Shown here: positions 19,429-28,411 of the stretch, piece after piece
Layout of the letters: each line of letters begins with the position of its first letter
How positions within the stretch are numbered: the first letter of the stretch is position 1
NCBI RefSeq assembly: GCF_014280195.1
Contig: NZ_CP047960.1
Coordinates: 1,110,001-1,142,000, forward strand
Reading direction: 5' to 3'
DNA: 32,000 nucleotides
Source of the DNA: Synechococcus sp. A15-24
GTDB taxonomy: Bacteria; Cyanobacteriota; Cyanobacteriia; PCC-6307; Cyanobiaceae
Translations under genes and position numbers: made by a program
Notes under the pieces: model-generated
Told to the model about the DNA's origin: nothing
Database searches by the model: none
The model's input: only the letters and a program-made list of their open reading frames with translations

Positions 19429-20640
19429 TCAGGTGCAGGCGTCAATCGCCCGGATCAACAAGGGTGGAACAGCGTCCACGTCGTCGTCGCTCAGCCAGGG
19501 ACCAAGGCTGAAGCGCAGCAACGATTGCCTCCAGCTGGGCGCAACATCCATGGCGGTGAGCACGGCACTGTCCTGGGCATGACCGGAACGGCATGCACTG
19601 CCGCTGCTGCAGGCGACACCCAGCCGCGACAACTGCTGCACCAGTCGCCGACCTGGCAGGGGATGGCCCGCTCTGTCTCCGATCAGGCAAGCCAGGTGAT
19701 GGGGCAGTCGCGGCTCTTCCGAGGCATTGATCACCGTCAGCGAGGGAATGGCTGCCAGCTTTGATTGCAACCGATCCCGCATGGAGCGGATCTGAGGTGT
19801 GGACCCCGGCGGAGCCATCGATTGCTGTGGGTTGAACTGTGGAAGCTGTTGCAAGGCCACCGCAAGGCCTGCAATCAGTGCGACGGCTTCGGTACCGGCG
19901 CGATACCCCCCTTCCTGCCCGCCTCCTGTCAGCAGAGGTTGAGCCAGGACACCCGAACGATGCAGGAGCACCCCAATCCCGCGTGGACCCTGCAATTTGT
20001 GGGAGGAGAAGCTGAGCAGATCGATGCAGGAGGTGGACCAGGCCATGAGCCCCTGGGGGATGAGCTGGGTGGCGTCGGTGTGGAACGGGATGCCCCGTTC
20101 TCTGCAGGCGCTGGCCACCAGCGGCACGGGTTGAACCGTGCCGACTTCACTCTGCCCCCAGATCAATGACACCAACTGCGTTGGTGGTGCCAGCAACTGA
20201 TCCAGCAGCTCCAAACGGATCTGACCGCTCCCATCCACAGGCCACCGCGCCACGGTCCACCCCAGTTGTGCGAGTTGGGCCGCTGCTCCCTCCACCGCGG
20301 GATGTTCCACCGCTGAAATCACAAGGCGCCCAGGTGGACAACCAGCGGCGACACCGTGAAGGGCGAGGTGGACCGATTCGGTGGCACCTGAGGTGAAGAT
20401 CAGCTCATCCTCATCAGCACTTAGTTGTGCGGCAATGGTCTGTCGGGATCGAGCCAGCTGTTCAGCGGCCACCAGCCCGGTGCCATGAAGGCTGCTGGGG
20501 TTGCCCCAGGCCTCCCGCTGTACAGCATTGATGGACGCAATCACCGACGGCAACGGTGGGGTCGTAGCCGCTGCGTCGAGGTAGAGCTCAGAGGGTGTCA
20601 CGCTCAAACCGAGCCCGGGTCCGTTGCTCGAGAGATTCAC
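19429..20640 (-). CDS. cysteine desulfurase, NifS/IscS-like (class V aminotransferase)
   Basis: LYLDAAATTPP N-terminus, PLP-lysine motif SSHKLQGPRGIG and catalytic-loop SSGSAC. The track start is a GTG. A GTG at 20601 (VTPSELYLD...) is an equally plausible start. Confidence 0.9.
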   Translation of the reverse strand: MNLSSNGPGLGLSVTPSELYLDAAATTPPLPSVIASINAVQREAWGNPSSLHGTGLVAAEQLARSRQTIAAQLSADEDELIFTSGATESVHLALHGVAAGCPPGRLVISAVEHPAVEGAAAQLAQLGWTVARWPVDGSGQIRLELLDQLLAPPTQLVSLIWGQSEVGTVQPVPLVASACRERGIPFHTDATQLIPQGLMAWSTSCIDLLSFSSHKLQGPRGIGVLLHRSGVLAQPLLTGGGQEGGYRAGTEAVALIAGLAVALQQLPQFNPQQSMAPPGSTPQIRSMRDRLQSKLAAIPSLTVINASEEPRLPHHLACLIGDRAGHPLPGRRLVQQLSRLGVACSSGSACRSGHAQDSAVLTAMDVAPSWRQSLLRFSLGPWLSDDDVDAVPPLLIRAIDACT

Positions 20641-21682
20641 TGGCCAGATTCAGCATGGCGTCCAGTGAGGTGCTGTTGAGGAAGGCCTGAACCTGCTGCT
20701 GGGCAGCATCACGCAGACAGTTGTCCGGTTGTTGGCAGCTGTCCACACAATCACGGGAACAGTCGAAGGGCGCGTTGTCCGCGACATCTGGCGTCAACGG
20801 CTCTGCAACGGGTGACCCTCCAACCGGCATCAGATCCGGTGACAACACCCCATCGAACACCGCCACGGCGGGACCCGTCATGAGAACAGCACCATGGCGT
20901 CCAGGCCAGGCAATCTGGAGTGGACCGCCGGGCAGCATCACCTCGGCATGATCGTCAGCCAGTCCCAGCAGAACAGCAGCAACAAGGGTGGCGCAGGCAC
21001 CCGTTCCACAGGCCAGCGTCGGTCCAGCCCCGCGTTCCCACACACGGATCTCCAGACGGTTGCGGGCGTGCACCTGCAGGAAATGCACGTTGGTTTTGGC
21101 CGGGAACAGATGGTGAACCTCCAGGGCCGCCCCCCATGCGTCGAAGGGAATCGCGTTGAGGTCCTCCACCGGCACCACGACGTGGGGATTTCCCATCCCA
21201 ACCGCTGCCACCTCAAGCGCTCGATCCGCAAGATCGGCCGATCCCCTCGCCAACCCGTCCACCAGCGGGAGAGTTGTGGGAATGCTTGAGGGCTCCAGGA
21301 ATGGAGCACCCATGTCGACGCGCAACTGACCATCGCTTTGCAGCTCCGGACGGATCAGGCCCGCCGGCGTTTCGATCGCCCAGCGTTTGCCAGGAGCGTC
21401 ACCGTCGCTGTCGGCAAGGAAACGTGCCAGGCAGCGGATGCCATTGCCACACATCTCCGCCTCGGTGCCATCGGCGTTGAAAATCCGCATGCGCAGATCA
21501 CCCTGACCCTGGGGCGGCAGCGCAAGAATCACGCCGTCACCACCGATTCCGAAGCGTCGGTCGCACAGCTGCCTCACCCAGACAGGGTCCGGCTCAACGA
21601 CCGATTGCGGCAACTGGTCTTGCCGTCCTTCCAGGATCAGGAAGTCATTGCCAAGTCCCTGATATTTACTGAACTGCAGCAT
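20588..21682 (-). CDS. dapF: diaminopimelate epimerase with an unusual 84-aa C-terminal extension
   Basis: The canonical start MLQFSKYQGLGNDF is at the ATG at 21680-21682. Both catalytic cysteines are present (MCGNGIRC, ACGTGACA). The frame continues 84 codons past the usual GPAVAVFDGVL end. The 111 in-frame codons upstream of 21682 are not DapF-like. Confidence 0.9.
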   Translation of the reverse strand: MLQFSKYQGLGNDFLILEGRQDQLPQSVVEPDPVWVRQLCDRRFGIGGDGVILALPPQGQGDLRMRIFNADGTEAEMCGNGIRCLARFLADSDGDAPGKRWAIETPAGLIRPELQSDGQLRVDMGAPFLEPSSIPTTLPLVDGLARGSADLADRALEVAAVGMGNPHVVVPVEDLNAIPFDAWGAALEVHHLFPAKTNVHFLQVHARNRLEIRVWERGAGPTLACGTGACATLVAAVLLGLADDHAEVMLPGGPLQIAWPGRHGAVLMTGPAVAVFDGVLSPDLMPVGGSPVAEPLTPDVADNAPFDCSRDCVDSCQQPDNCLRDAAQQQVQAFLNSTSLDAMLNLASESLEQRTRARFERDTL

Positions 21683-21709
21683 GGTGTGCTGATGGCAGAT
21701 CCGAATCCT

Positions 21710-21931
21710 ATGGAGACTGCGCCCCTCGATCCCAGTCTGCCTGGGGTCCGATTGCTTCAATCCTGGATCAGAGAGCAGCTGGCCATCAGCGTTGACGTGA
21801 TCGGTTCTGAGCGGATTGAAGGCCGACTCATCTGGCAGGACCCCGAATTTCTGGCCGTCGAGCGCAGCCCTGCCACTCGCCCCACATTGATCAGTCGCCG
21901 GCAGATCTCTGTGATCCGCGCTCTCGGTTGA
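21710..21931 (+). CDS. candidate small ORF (73 aa; 79 aa if started at 21692) in the dapF-leuS gap
   Basis: This is the C-terminal part of track ORF 21338..21931 that lies outside dapF: METAPLDPSLPGVRLLQSWIREQLAISVDVIGSERIEGRLIWQDPEFLAVERSPATRPTLISRRQISVIRALG. The composition is balanced, and my hand count gives GC1 about 66%, GC2 about 49% and GC3 about 68%. The mirrored antisense frame is also open, so this remains unproven. Confidence 0.35.
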   Translation: METAPLDPSLPGVRLLQSWIREQLAISVDVIGSERIEGRLIWQDPEFLAVERSPATRPTLISRRQISVIRALG

Positions 21932-21979
21932 AACCGCCGGATGTGACACGATCGCAACCTTGCCGACATCCTGTCGACC

Positions 21980-24553
21980 GTGAACAGCCGTTACTCGCCT
22001 GCGGAACTTGAACAACGCTGGCAGACGACCTGGCGATCAGAGGGGTTGGATGTCACTCCGGAGCCTGAAGACGGCAAGGGTTTCTACGCCCTGTCGATGT
22101 TTCCCTATCCCTCAGGGACCTTGCACATGGGCCATGTGCGCAATTACGTCATCACCGATGTGATCGCCCGCGTCCAAAGGATGCGTGGCCGCGCGGTGTT
22201 GCACCCGATGGGATGGGATGCCTTCGGCCTTCCCGCCGAAAATGCCGCGATCGAGCGCAACGTTGATCCCGGCGATTGGACCGATCGCAACATCGATCAG
22301 ATGCGATCACAGCTGGATCGCCTCGGCTTGTCGATCGACTGGGACCGTGAGCAGGCCACCTGCTACAGCGATTACTACCGCTGGACCCAGTGGTTGTTCC
22401 TGGAGCTGTTCGATGGCGGTCTGGCCTACCGGAAGAACGCAACGGTCAACTGGGATCCAGTGGATCAAACCGTTCTGGCCAACGAGCAGGTGGATGCCGA
22501 CGGACGTTCCTGGAGATCCGGTGCACTGGTGGAACAACGCCAGTTGAATCAGTGGTTCCTGCGCATCACGCAGTACGCCGAAGCCCTGCTCAAGGACCTG
22601 GATCAACTGAGCGGTTGGCCGGAACGCGTTCGCACAATGCAGGCCAACTGGATCGGTCGTTCCGAGGGTGCTGAGATCCAGTTCAAGGTGTCCTCCGATT
22701 CAGACACCACCATCACGGTGTTCACCACAAGGCCAGACACCTTGGCTGGTGCCAGCTACGTGGTGCTCGCCCCGGACCACCCGTTGGTGAACAGTCTGAC
22801 GACCCCGGATCAGCAGGATGTTGTGCAGTCCTTCCAGGCAGAGGTGGCACGGCTCAGTGCCTTGGAACGCACCAGTGATGACGCCCCCAAGCGTGGGGTC
22901 TTCACCGGCGCCATAGTCCTCAATCCACTCAACGGCAGTCCATTGCCGGTGTGGATCGCGGACTATGTTCTGGTGGATTACGGCACCGGCGCTGTGATGG
23001 GAGTCCCGGCCCATGATCAGCGGGACCGTCGCTTTGCGCAGAGCTACGGGTTGGCCGTTCAGCAAGTGATTGAGGCCGAGGGGGCCGCCGCTGCGATCGC
23101 TGCCGGAGAGGCCTGGACGGATCCTGGAGTGCTGATCCATTCCGGAGACTTCGATGGTCTGAATTCCATCGAGGCCAAGGAGCGGATCACGCGCCACGGG
23201 GAGCAGCTGGGATGGGCAGTGGCGAAGGTCACCTATCGGCTGCGCGATTGGCTGATTTCGAGGCAGCGTTACTGGGGCTGCCCGATTCCGATCATCCATT
23301 GCCCCAGCTGTGGCGCCGTGCCCGTGCCTCGCGAGGACCTACCCGTGGAACTCCCCCGCGGTATTGATCTGTCCGGGAAAGGCGGCTCTCCACTGGGCCA
23401 ACAGGACGATTGGGTCAACGTCCCCTGTCCCTCCTGTGGTGAACCGGCCAAGCGCGAAACCGACACGATGGACACTTTTATGTGTTCGTCTTGGTATTTC
23501 CTCCGTTTCGCCGACCCACACAACACCGAACAGCCGTTCAGCCGCGAAGCCGTGAACCGCTGGCTGCCGGTGCAGCAGTACGTCGGTGGAATCGAGCACG
23601 CCATTTTGCATCTGCTGTATTCCCGCTTTTTCACCAAGGCGTTGAAGGATCGGGGCTTGATCGATGTGGCTGAACCGTTTGATCGTCTGCTGACCCAGGG
23701 AATGGTTCAGGGAACGACGTATCGCAATCCCAGCACCGGCAAATACGTCGCCCCGGTGGATGTATCCGACCCGGAGACACCGACCGATCCGACCAGTGGT
23801 GACCCTCTTGAGGTGTTGTTCGAAAAGATGTCGAAGTCGAAGTACAACGGCGTCGACCCTGCGGCAGTGATCGATCGCTATGGCGCCGACACTGCTCGAA
23901 TGTTCATTTTGTTCAAAGCGCCGCCCGAAAAGGACCTTGAATGGGATGACGCTGACGTGGAAGGCCAATTCCGCTTCCTGCAGCGGATCTGGCGGCTGGT
24001 GGAGTCCACGACCTCCCGCATCGACAGCCTCGAGCCAGAGGGACGTCCCGATCCATTAGCCGACACCGACGTCAAGGTTCGTCGTGCCATCCACGTAGCT
24101 ATTGAGGCGGTGAGTGAGGACCTGCGGGACGAGATTCAGTTGAACACCGCCATCTCAGAGCTGATGAAACTCACCAATGCGATCACATCCGTTGGTGTTG
24201 CTGAATTGAGCACGTCAGTGCTGAAGGAAGCTCTTTCAACACTGCTCCGGCTTCTGGCTCCCTTTGCTCCCCATCTCGCCGAAGAGCTCTGGCATCAGCT
24301 CGGTGAGTCGTCCAGCGTGCATCGTGCCGGTTGGCCAGTACTGGACCCCAGTGCTCTGGTTCAGGATTCCGTGGACCTGGTGATTCAGATCAAGGGGAAG
24401 GTTCGCGGGATCATTCAGGTACCCGCCGCCGCCGACAAAGAACAGCTTGAGGCCTTGGCAATGGCCAGTGAGGTCGCTGCTAAGTGGCTGGAGGGACAAC
24501 CCCCCCGACGCGTGATTGTGGTGCCGGGGAAGTTGGTCAACCTGGTGCCTTGA
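21980..24553 (+). CDS. leuS: leucine--tRNA ligase
   Basis: 857 aa with a GTG start. It has [14 protein letters not shown], a HIGH motif ([15 protein letters not shown]), a KMSKS motif ([10 protein letters not shown]) and a CP1 editing domain. Confidence 0.97.
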   Translation: MNSRYSPAELEQRWQTTWRSEGLDVTPEPEDGKGFYALSMFPYPSGTLHMGHVRNYVITDVIARVQRMRGRAVLHPMGWDAFGLPAENAAIERNVDPGDWTDRNIDQMRSQLDRLGLSIDWDREQATCYSDYYRWTQWLFLELFDGGLAYRKNATVNWDPVDQTVLANEQVDADGRSWRSGALVEQRQLNQWFLRITQYAEALLKDLDQLSGWPERVRTMQANWIGRSEGAEIQFKVSSDSDTTITVFTTRPDTLAGASYVVLAPDHPLVNSLTTPDQQDVVQSFQAEVARLSALERTSDDAPKRGVFTGAIVLNPLNGSPLPVWIADYVLVDYGTGAVMGVPAHDQRDRRFAQSYGLAVQQVIEAEGAAAAIAAGEAWTDPGVLIHSGDFDGLNSIEAKERITRHGEQLGWAVAKVTYRLRDWLISRQRYWGCPIPIIHCPSCGAVPVPREDLPVELPRGIDLSGKGGSPLGQQDDWVNVPCPSCGEPAKRETDTMDTFMCSSWYFLRFADPHNTEQPFSREAVNRWLPVQQYVGGIEHAILHLLYSRFFTKALKDRGLIDVAEPFDRLLTQGMVQGTTYRNPSTGKYVAPVDVSDPETPTDPTSGDPLEVLFEKMSKSKYNGVDPAAVIDRYGADTARMFILFKAPPEKDLEWDDADVEGQFRFLQRIWRLVESTTSRIDSLEPEGRPDPLADTDVKVRRAIHVAIEAVSEDLRDEIQLNTAISELMKLTNAITSVGVAELSTSVLKEALSTLLRLLAPFAPHLAEELWHQLGESSSVHRAGWPVLDPSALVQDSVDLVIQIKGKVRGIIQVPAAADKEQLEALAMASEVAAKWLEGQPPRRVIVVPGKLVNLVP

Positions 24554-24570
24554 TCGGCATCTGCCGATCA
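24551..24570. terminator. perfect 9-bp-arm palindrome spanning both stop codons of convergent leuS and pgi
   Basis: tgatcggca-tc-tgccgatca. The left arm starts with the leuS TGA (24551-24553). The right arm ends with the complement of the pgi TGA (24568-24570). No U-tract on either side. Confidence 0.5.
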
Positions 24571-26166
24571 GCTGCAGCTAAACCGCATGCTCGCTGGGTT
24601 GGCCCAATCCCCCTCAGCCCGGTAGCCCCGATCATTGCCAGCGAGATGACGCATTATCCAGAAGATCGCCTCATCGCTCCCGTCACCAACGGCCTGCCTG
24701 ATTTCACTGACGGTCCGTGGTGCGCCGTCTTTGAGAACAGCTTCTACCCGGCTCTGCAGGTCCAGGATTGCCGCGGCAGCTTTCTTTCCAGCTTCCACGC
24801 CAGGTTGGTGGTAAGCGTTGATGTTGACCAGATCGCCATAGAAGCCAACAGCACGTTCGAATAGAGCAATCAACGCACCAAGACGACGCGCATCAAAGCG
24901 ACGCATGCTGATGCTGAGGCTCTGGCGCCCTCCTTCCGTCAACGCTGACCGCGTTCCCTGAAGGAAACCATCAAGGAAATCGCCCGGACATTCGTCCTTG
25001 ATCACCGGGATATCAGAGACATCCTCAAGCACCTCGATGAAGGTGGCAAAGAAGTTGTCAACACCGTCCCGGAGCTGCTGCACATAGGCGTGCTGGTCTG
25101 TGGATCCCTTGTTGCCATAAACGGCGATACCCTGATTCACCTCGTTGCCGTCACGGTCGAGTCGCTTGCCCAGGGACTCCATCACCAGCTGCTGGAGGTA
25201 GCGGCTGAACACCTCGAGGCGATCGCGATAGGGAAGTACCACCATGTCGCGACGCCCTTTGCCTTCCCCGGCAACGAACCATGAGGCCGCCATCAGTGCT
25301 GCTGGATTACGACGGAGATCAGCCAGGCGAGTGGCATCGTCCATCTGGGCCGCACCTGCGAGAAAATCGCGGATGTCAGCACCGATCAGGGCACCCGGCA
25401 GCAAGCCCACGGCACTGGTGATGCTTGTGCGTCCTCCCACCCAATCGAACATGTCGAAGCGCTTGAGCCAGCCGTCCTGCTTGGCTTCCCGATCGAGCTT
25501 GCTGTCGCCCATGGTGATGGCTACAGCCTGATCGGCCCAGCGGCCACCACGGGATTCCACCCGATGGCGGGCCTGCTCCATGCCCAGGTGTGGCTCCGGC
25601 GTGCCGCCGGACTTGCTCACAGTCACCACAAGGGTCGTTGCCAGTCGATCGTCCAGGCCAGCCAGAACGACACTCATGCCATTTGGATCAACGTTGTCGA
25701 AGAAGTGAAACGGCAGACCTGCGCCATGGCCTTGCAGCGCTTTGATCATCAACAGAGGGCCAAGACCGCTGCCGCCGATACCAATCCAGAGAACGTCGGT
25801 GAAGGCCTGCCCCCCGGGACCTTTGATAGCGCCGCTGTTCACATCGCGACCGAACTGCTCGATCTGATCGATTTCTGTGGCGATGTGGTCTCGGACCGAT
25901 TCACTGGGCGCCAACTGAGGGGCCCTCAGCCAGTAGTGACCCACCTGACGCTGCTCATCAGGGTTGGCCATGGCCCCAGCTTCAAGCTCGGCCATGGCCG
26001 CGAAGGCCTTGTCGAATCCAGGTTGGAGTTGCTCGAGATGGGATGGGTTGACGTGCATGCGGCTGATGTCCAACCAGATGCCGAGATCTTCGTGATACCA
26101 GAGGAGGTCACAGAAGCGCTGCCATTGAATCTGAGCGTCACTGGCGCTGAAATCCGGGAAGCTCAT
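24568..26166 (-). CDS. pgi: glucose-6-phosphate isomerase
   Basis: PGI blocks DVLWIGIGGSGLGP, GGRTSITSAVGL and GSTDQHAYVQQLRDG. I place the start at the ATG at 26164-26166 (MSFPDFSAS..., 532 aa). The track ORF offers a start 19 codons further upstream, at 26223. Confidence 0.94.
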   Translation of the reverse strand: MSFPDFSASDAQIQWQRFCDLLWYHEDLGIWLDISRMHVNPSHLEQLQPGFDKAFAAMAELEAGAMANPDEQRQVGHYWLRAPQLAPSESVRDHIATEIDQIEQFGRDVNSGAIKGPGGQAFTDVLWIGIGGSGLGPLLMIKALQGHGAGLPFHFFDNVDPNGMSVVLAGLDDRLATTLVVTVSKSGGTPEPHLGMEQARHRVESRGGRWADQAVAITMGDSKLDREAKQDGWLKRFDMFDWVGGRTSITSAVGLLPGALIGADIRDFLAGAAQMDDATRLADLRRNPAALMAASWFVAGEGKGRRDMVVLPYRDRLEVFSRYLQQLVMESLGKRLDRDGNEVNQGIAVYGNKGSTDQHAYVQQLRDGVDNFFATFIEVLEDVSDIPVIKDECPGDFLDGFLQGTRSALTEGGRQSLSISMRRFDARRLGALIALFERAVGFYGDLVNINAYHQPGVEAGKKAAAAILDLQSRVEAVLKDGAPRTVSEIRQAVGDGSDEAIFWIMRHLAGNDRGYRAEGDWANPASMRFSCS

Positions 26167-26282
26167 CGGGCCCTGATGGTGCACTCCGACTGAAGGTATC
26201 CAGGAACGACCAGGCTTGCCCATCTACTGGGACACCCCGGCTAGTTTCGGTGCTGATTTGAACAGAGCCCAGCTTCCAGTTC

Positions 26283-27056
26283 ATGCGTGAACATCTGCAG
26301 CTCTGCGGAGCCCTGGTCCTTAGCCTGGCCCTTGGTTTTCCTCCCTCTGTCTCCAAGCCGTCAGCAGCGGTGTCTAGAGGGATCAATCAGGTCACTGTGC
26401 TGGATGAGCGGCCAGATCCATCTGTCTTCTCGCCCGAGGAGTTGCGGCTGCTGCAGCAACGTTTCGGGGTGCACGGTCCACAGACGACGCTGGCTCAACT
26501 GTTCACCCGCGGCGTTGATCAGCTGCAACCTCTCCGCAAGCTGACCCTCGATCAACTGCAACAGCTCAAACCTGTGATCATGCAGGAGTCAGCTCAGCAA
26601 CGCGTCAATCCGATGCTGGTCACGGCCATTCTGTTTGACGAAATTCAGCACTCCAAACCTGGAGAAGGTCTTCCTTTCATTGCCCACTCCGGACTGGTCA
26701 AAACCCACGGACCGGCGCAGCTTGCCATCACCGAACTGATCCACCAGAACCGACTGCCGGCCAATCCCAGCGCCAATGAAATCGCCTGGGCCAGGAATCA
26801 ACTGCTCGATCCAAGGATGAGCGTGGTGTTGCTGGTGGGCAAGATAAATCGGCTAAAGCATGAGCTCGGGCTCTGCACCGGTCGACGACTGGATGCCAGC
26901 AGTTCCTACGGCGATGCCAAGGCGATCGCCACACTGGCCTATCTGCACAACGGAAAACTCGATTACCCCAGCCGCATCCTGAGCTATATGCAGGATCCTG
27001 AATTGCACGGGCTGATCTTCAGCTCCCGCCGCAGCCAGCTCTTCATCCTGCTCTGA
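26283..27056 (+). CDS. secreted hypothetical protein, possibly a divergent lytic-transglycosylase (SLT/lysozyme-like) fold
   Basis: Signal peptide (LCGALVLSLALGFPPSVS). The segment NPMLVTAILFDEIQH...GPAQL loosely resembles the SLT catalytic-Glu region. The product call is weak. The CDS call is reasonable. Confidence 0.6.
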   Translation: MREHLQLCGALVLSLALGFPPSVSKPSAAVSRGINQVTVLDERPDPSVFSPEELRLLQQRFGVHGPQTTLAQLFTRGVDQLQPLRKLTLDQLQQLKPVIMQESAQQRVNPMLVTAILFDEIQHSKPGEGLPFIAHSGLVKTHGPAQLAITELIHQNRLPANPSANEIAWARNQLLDPRMSVVLLVGKINRLKHELGLCTGRRLDASSSYGDAKAIATLAYLHNGKLDYPSRILSYMQDPELHGLIFSSRRSQLFILL

Positions 27057-27069
27057 ATCCCCTGCTCCT

Positions 27070-27387
27070 TTAGAAGTGGACGCCGAGTCCAACGTTCAGG
27101 TAAGAGTGGTGGGGCGACACCACCACGCGTCGGCGAATAGGGCGATACACGGGTCGGTAAGCGGGATGAACCACCTGAACCCAGGATGTCCCGGTCGAGT
27201 GGACTGCGTGCTTGTAACCCTTCCGATACCCCTTGTCGTAGGCCTTCTGTTTCTTCTTGGATACGTGATGGTGGTGATGGCCATTCCAGTCGTGGTGGAC
27301 GTTGTGGGCGTAAGCTTCCGAACCAAAACTCAGCCCTGCCAGGGCCACAGCGGCGATGCCACTGACGACTAGTCCGTTCAATGCCAT
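27070..27387 (-). CDS. small secreted His/Tyr/Lys-rich protein (105 aa from the ATG; the track ORF starts at a TTG at 27396)
   Basis: MALNGLVVSGIAAVALAGLSFGSEAYA signal peptide with an AxA cleavage site. It is followed by HNVHHDWNGHHHHH and ends in LNVGLGVHF. Confidence 0.65.
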   Translation of the reverse strand: MALNGLVVSGIAAVALAGLSFGSEAYAHNVHHDWNGHHHHHVSKKKQKAYDKGYRKGYKHAVHSTGTSWVQVVHPAYRPVYRPIRRRVVVSPHHSYLNVGLGVHF

Positions 27388-27490
27388 CGGGGTCAAATCA
27401 ACTGATCAAACCGTACGGAGAGTGCCCCGACAGAAGGTGACTGGAGTTGATGTGATGAATGACTGAATGTGATCGGCATGGAACTCATGC

Positions 27491-28411
27491 TCAAGAAACA
27501 CAGAGGTCACCCAACGCGGCCAGGCGATATTGAAGTGATGCCCAGTTAAAGCTGCGTGGGTCACCCCGCTCTCCGCCAAGATCAACGTGGCGGTGTGAGG
27601 TGATCGCTGCTGGAGGCAACTTGAAGCGGTTGATCCAATCGGAAAGAACAATGGCGAGAGCGTCGTATTGACGTGATGTGTATCCCGTGTGCTGTGACGC
27701 ATCATTGGCGCCGCTTTCGGGTGTTTCCAGGCTGACGTGCAGCGCGAAATTGTTAAGGGAGCCCAACAGGCGCGGGTTGGTGACGGCCCACTCACCAAGA
27801 AACGCCGAGTTACCTGCGCCATAAGCGCGTTTGAGCGGGTCAACGATGTCAACAACCCTTCCATCCAATCCGATCAGCGTGTGGTAGCTGACTTGGTCCA
27901 CATCCAGCGGGTGAGGTGTCTGGAACGTGTTGATGGCAGACGTCAGCGAGTAGACGGTCTCATGCATCACCACCACCCGCGGTGATGGATCTAAGGCAGC
28001 ATCGTAGGCATCCTTCGACAAACGCTCGCCGAAATTCGTTGGATGAATGGGAACGGTGGTGCGCCAGACATCACTGGAGCGTTGCAGTGCTTCCAGGCGT
28101 GAACGCAGCGCTGAATCAATCCCAGTGCACTGCTTTGCCAAGGGCGATGTCCAGGACCGAGAACGAGGCGCGCGCGGGGGCTCAACCGCCGGGGGCGACT
28201 TGGTGTCGTTGTCGGATTCCACCTGCTCAAGCAGGTCCATCAACGATGGGCGTGCACCGGCGTGGGATGGCTTGCTGCGATCAAGGCTGACCCAATTGAC
28301 CAGCAGAACAGCAAGGGATCCCGTGGCCGCCACAGCCACGGCAGCTCGAGGGTGCAGACGGATCAGATCGGCAACCCGCTCGAATTTCTGAATCAGAGAA
28401 ACCGGAACCAT
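27491..28411 (-). CDS. N-acetylmuramoyl-L-alanine amidase (Amidase_2/PGRP-type) with an N-terminal membrane anchor
   Basis: VVVMHETV..., SYHTLIGLDGRVVDIV, ALHVSLE and ITSHRHVD..GERGDP match the Amidase_2 zinc-amidase layout. The start is placed at the ATG at 28409-28411 (MVPVSLIQ...). The longer track ORF (to 28492) would overlap the M61 gene by 100 nt. Confidence 0.85.
   Translation of the reverse strand: MVPVSLIQKFERVADLIRLHPRAAVAVAATGSLAVLLVNWVSLDRSKPSHAGARPSLMDLLEQVESDNDTKSPPAVEPPRAPRSRSWTSPLAKQCTGIDSALRSRLEALQRSSDVWRTTVPIHPTNFGERLSKDAYDAALDPSPRVVVMHETVYSLTSAINTFQTPHPLDVDQVSYHTLIGLDGRVVDIVDPLKRAYGAGNSAFLGEWAVTNPRLLGSLNNFALHVSLETPESGANDASQHTGYTSRQYDALAIVLSDWINRFKLPPAAITSHRHVDLGGERGDPRSFNWASLQYRLAALGDLCVS

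Noticed and set aside
21683-22015. 111 extra in-frame codons upstream of the dapF ATG (the track ORF starts at 22015)
   Set aside because: DapF's conserved N-terminus (MLQFSKYQGLGNDF) begins exactly at 21682. The upstream segment is not DapF-like and would overlap the leuS start.
26167-26223. 19-codon N-terminal extension of pgi in the track ORF
   Set aside because: The internal ATG gives a 532-aa product of the length I expect for cyanobacterial Pgi. The extension (MGKPGRSWIPSVGVHHQGP) looks non-conserved. Kept as an alternative start only.
9098-26929. HIP1 octamer GCGATCGC at 9098, 9140, 23093, 25219 and 26922, plus many one-mismatch variants
   Set aside because: This is roughly five-fold over a crude base-composition expectation of about one. 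That fits the known genome-wide HIP1 enrichment in cyanobacteria. All copies are inside genes and scattered, so it is a lineage signature rather than a local feature.
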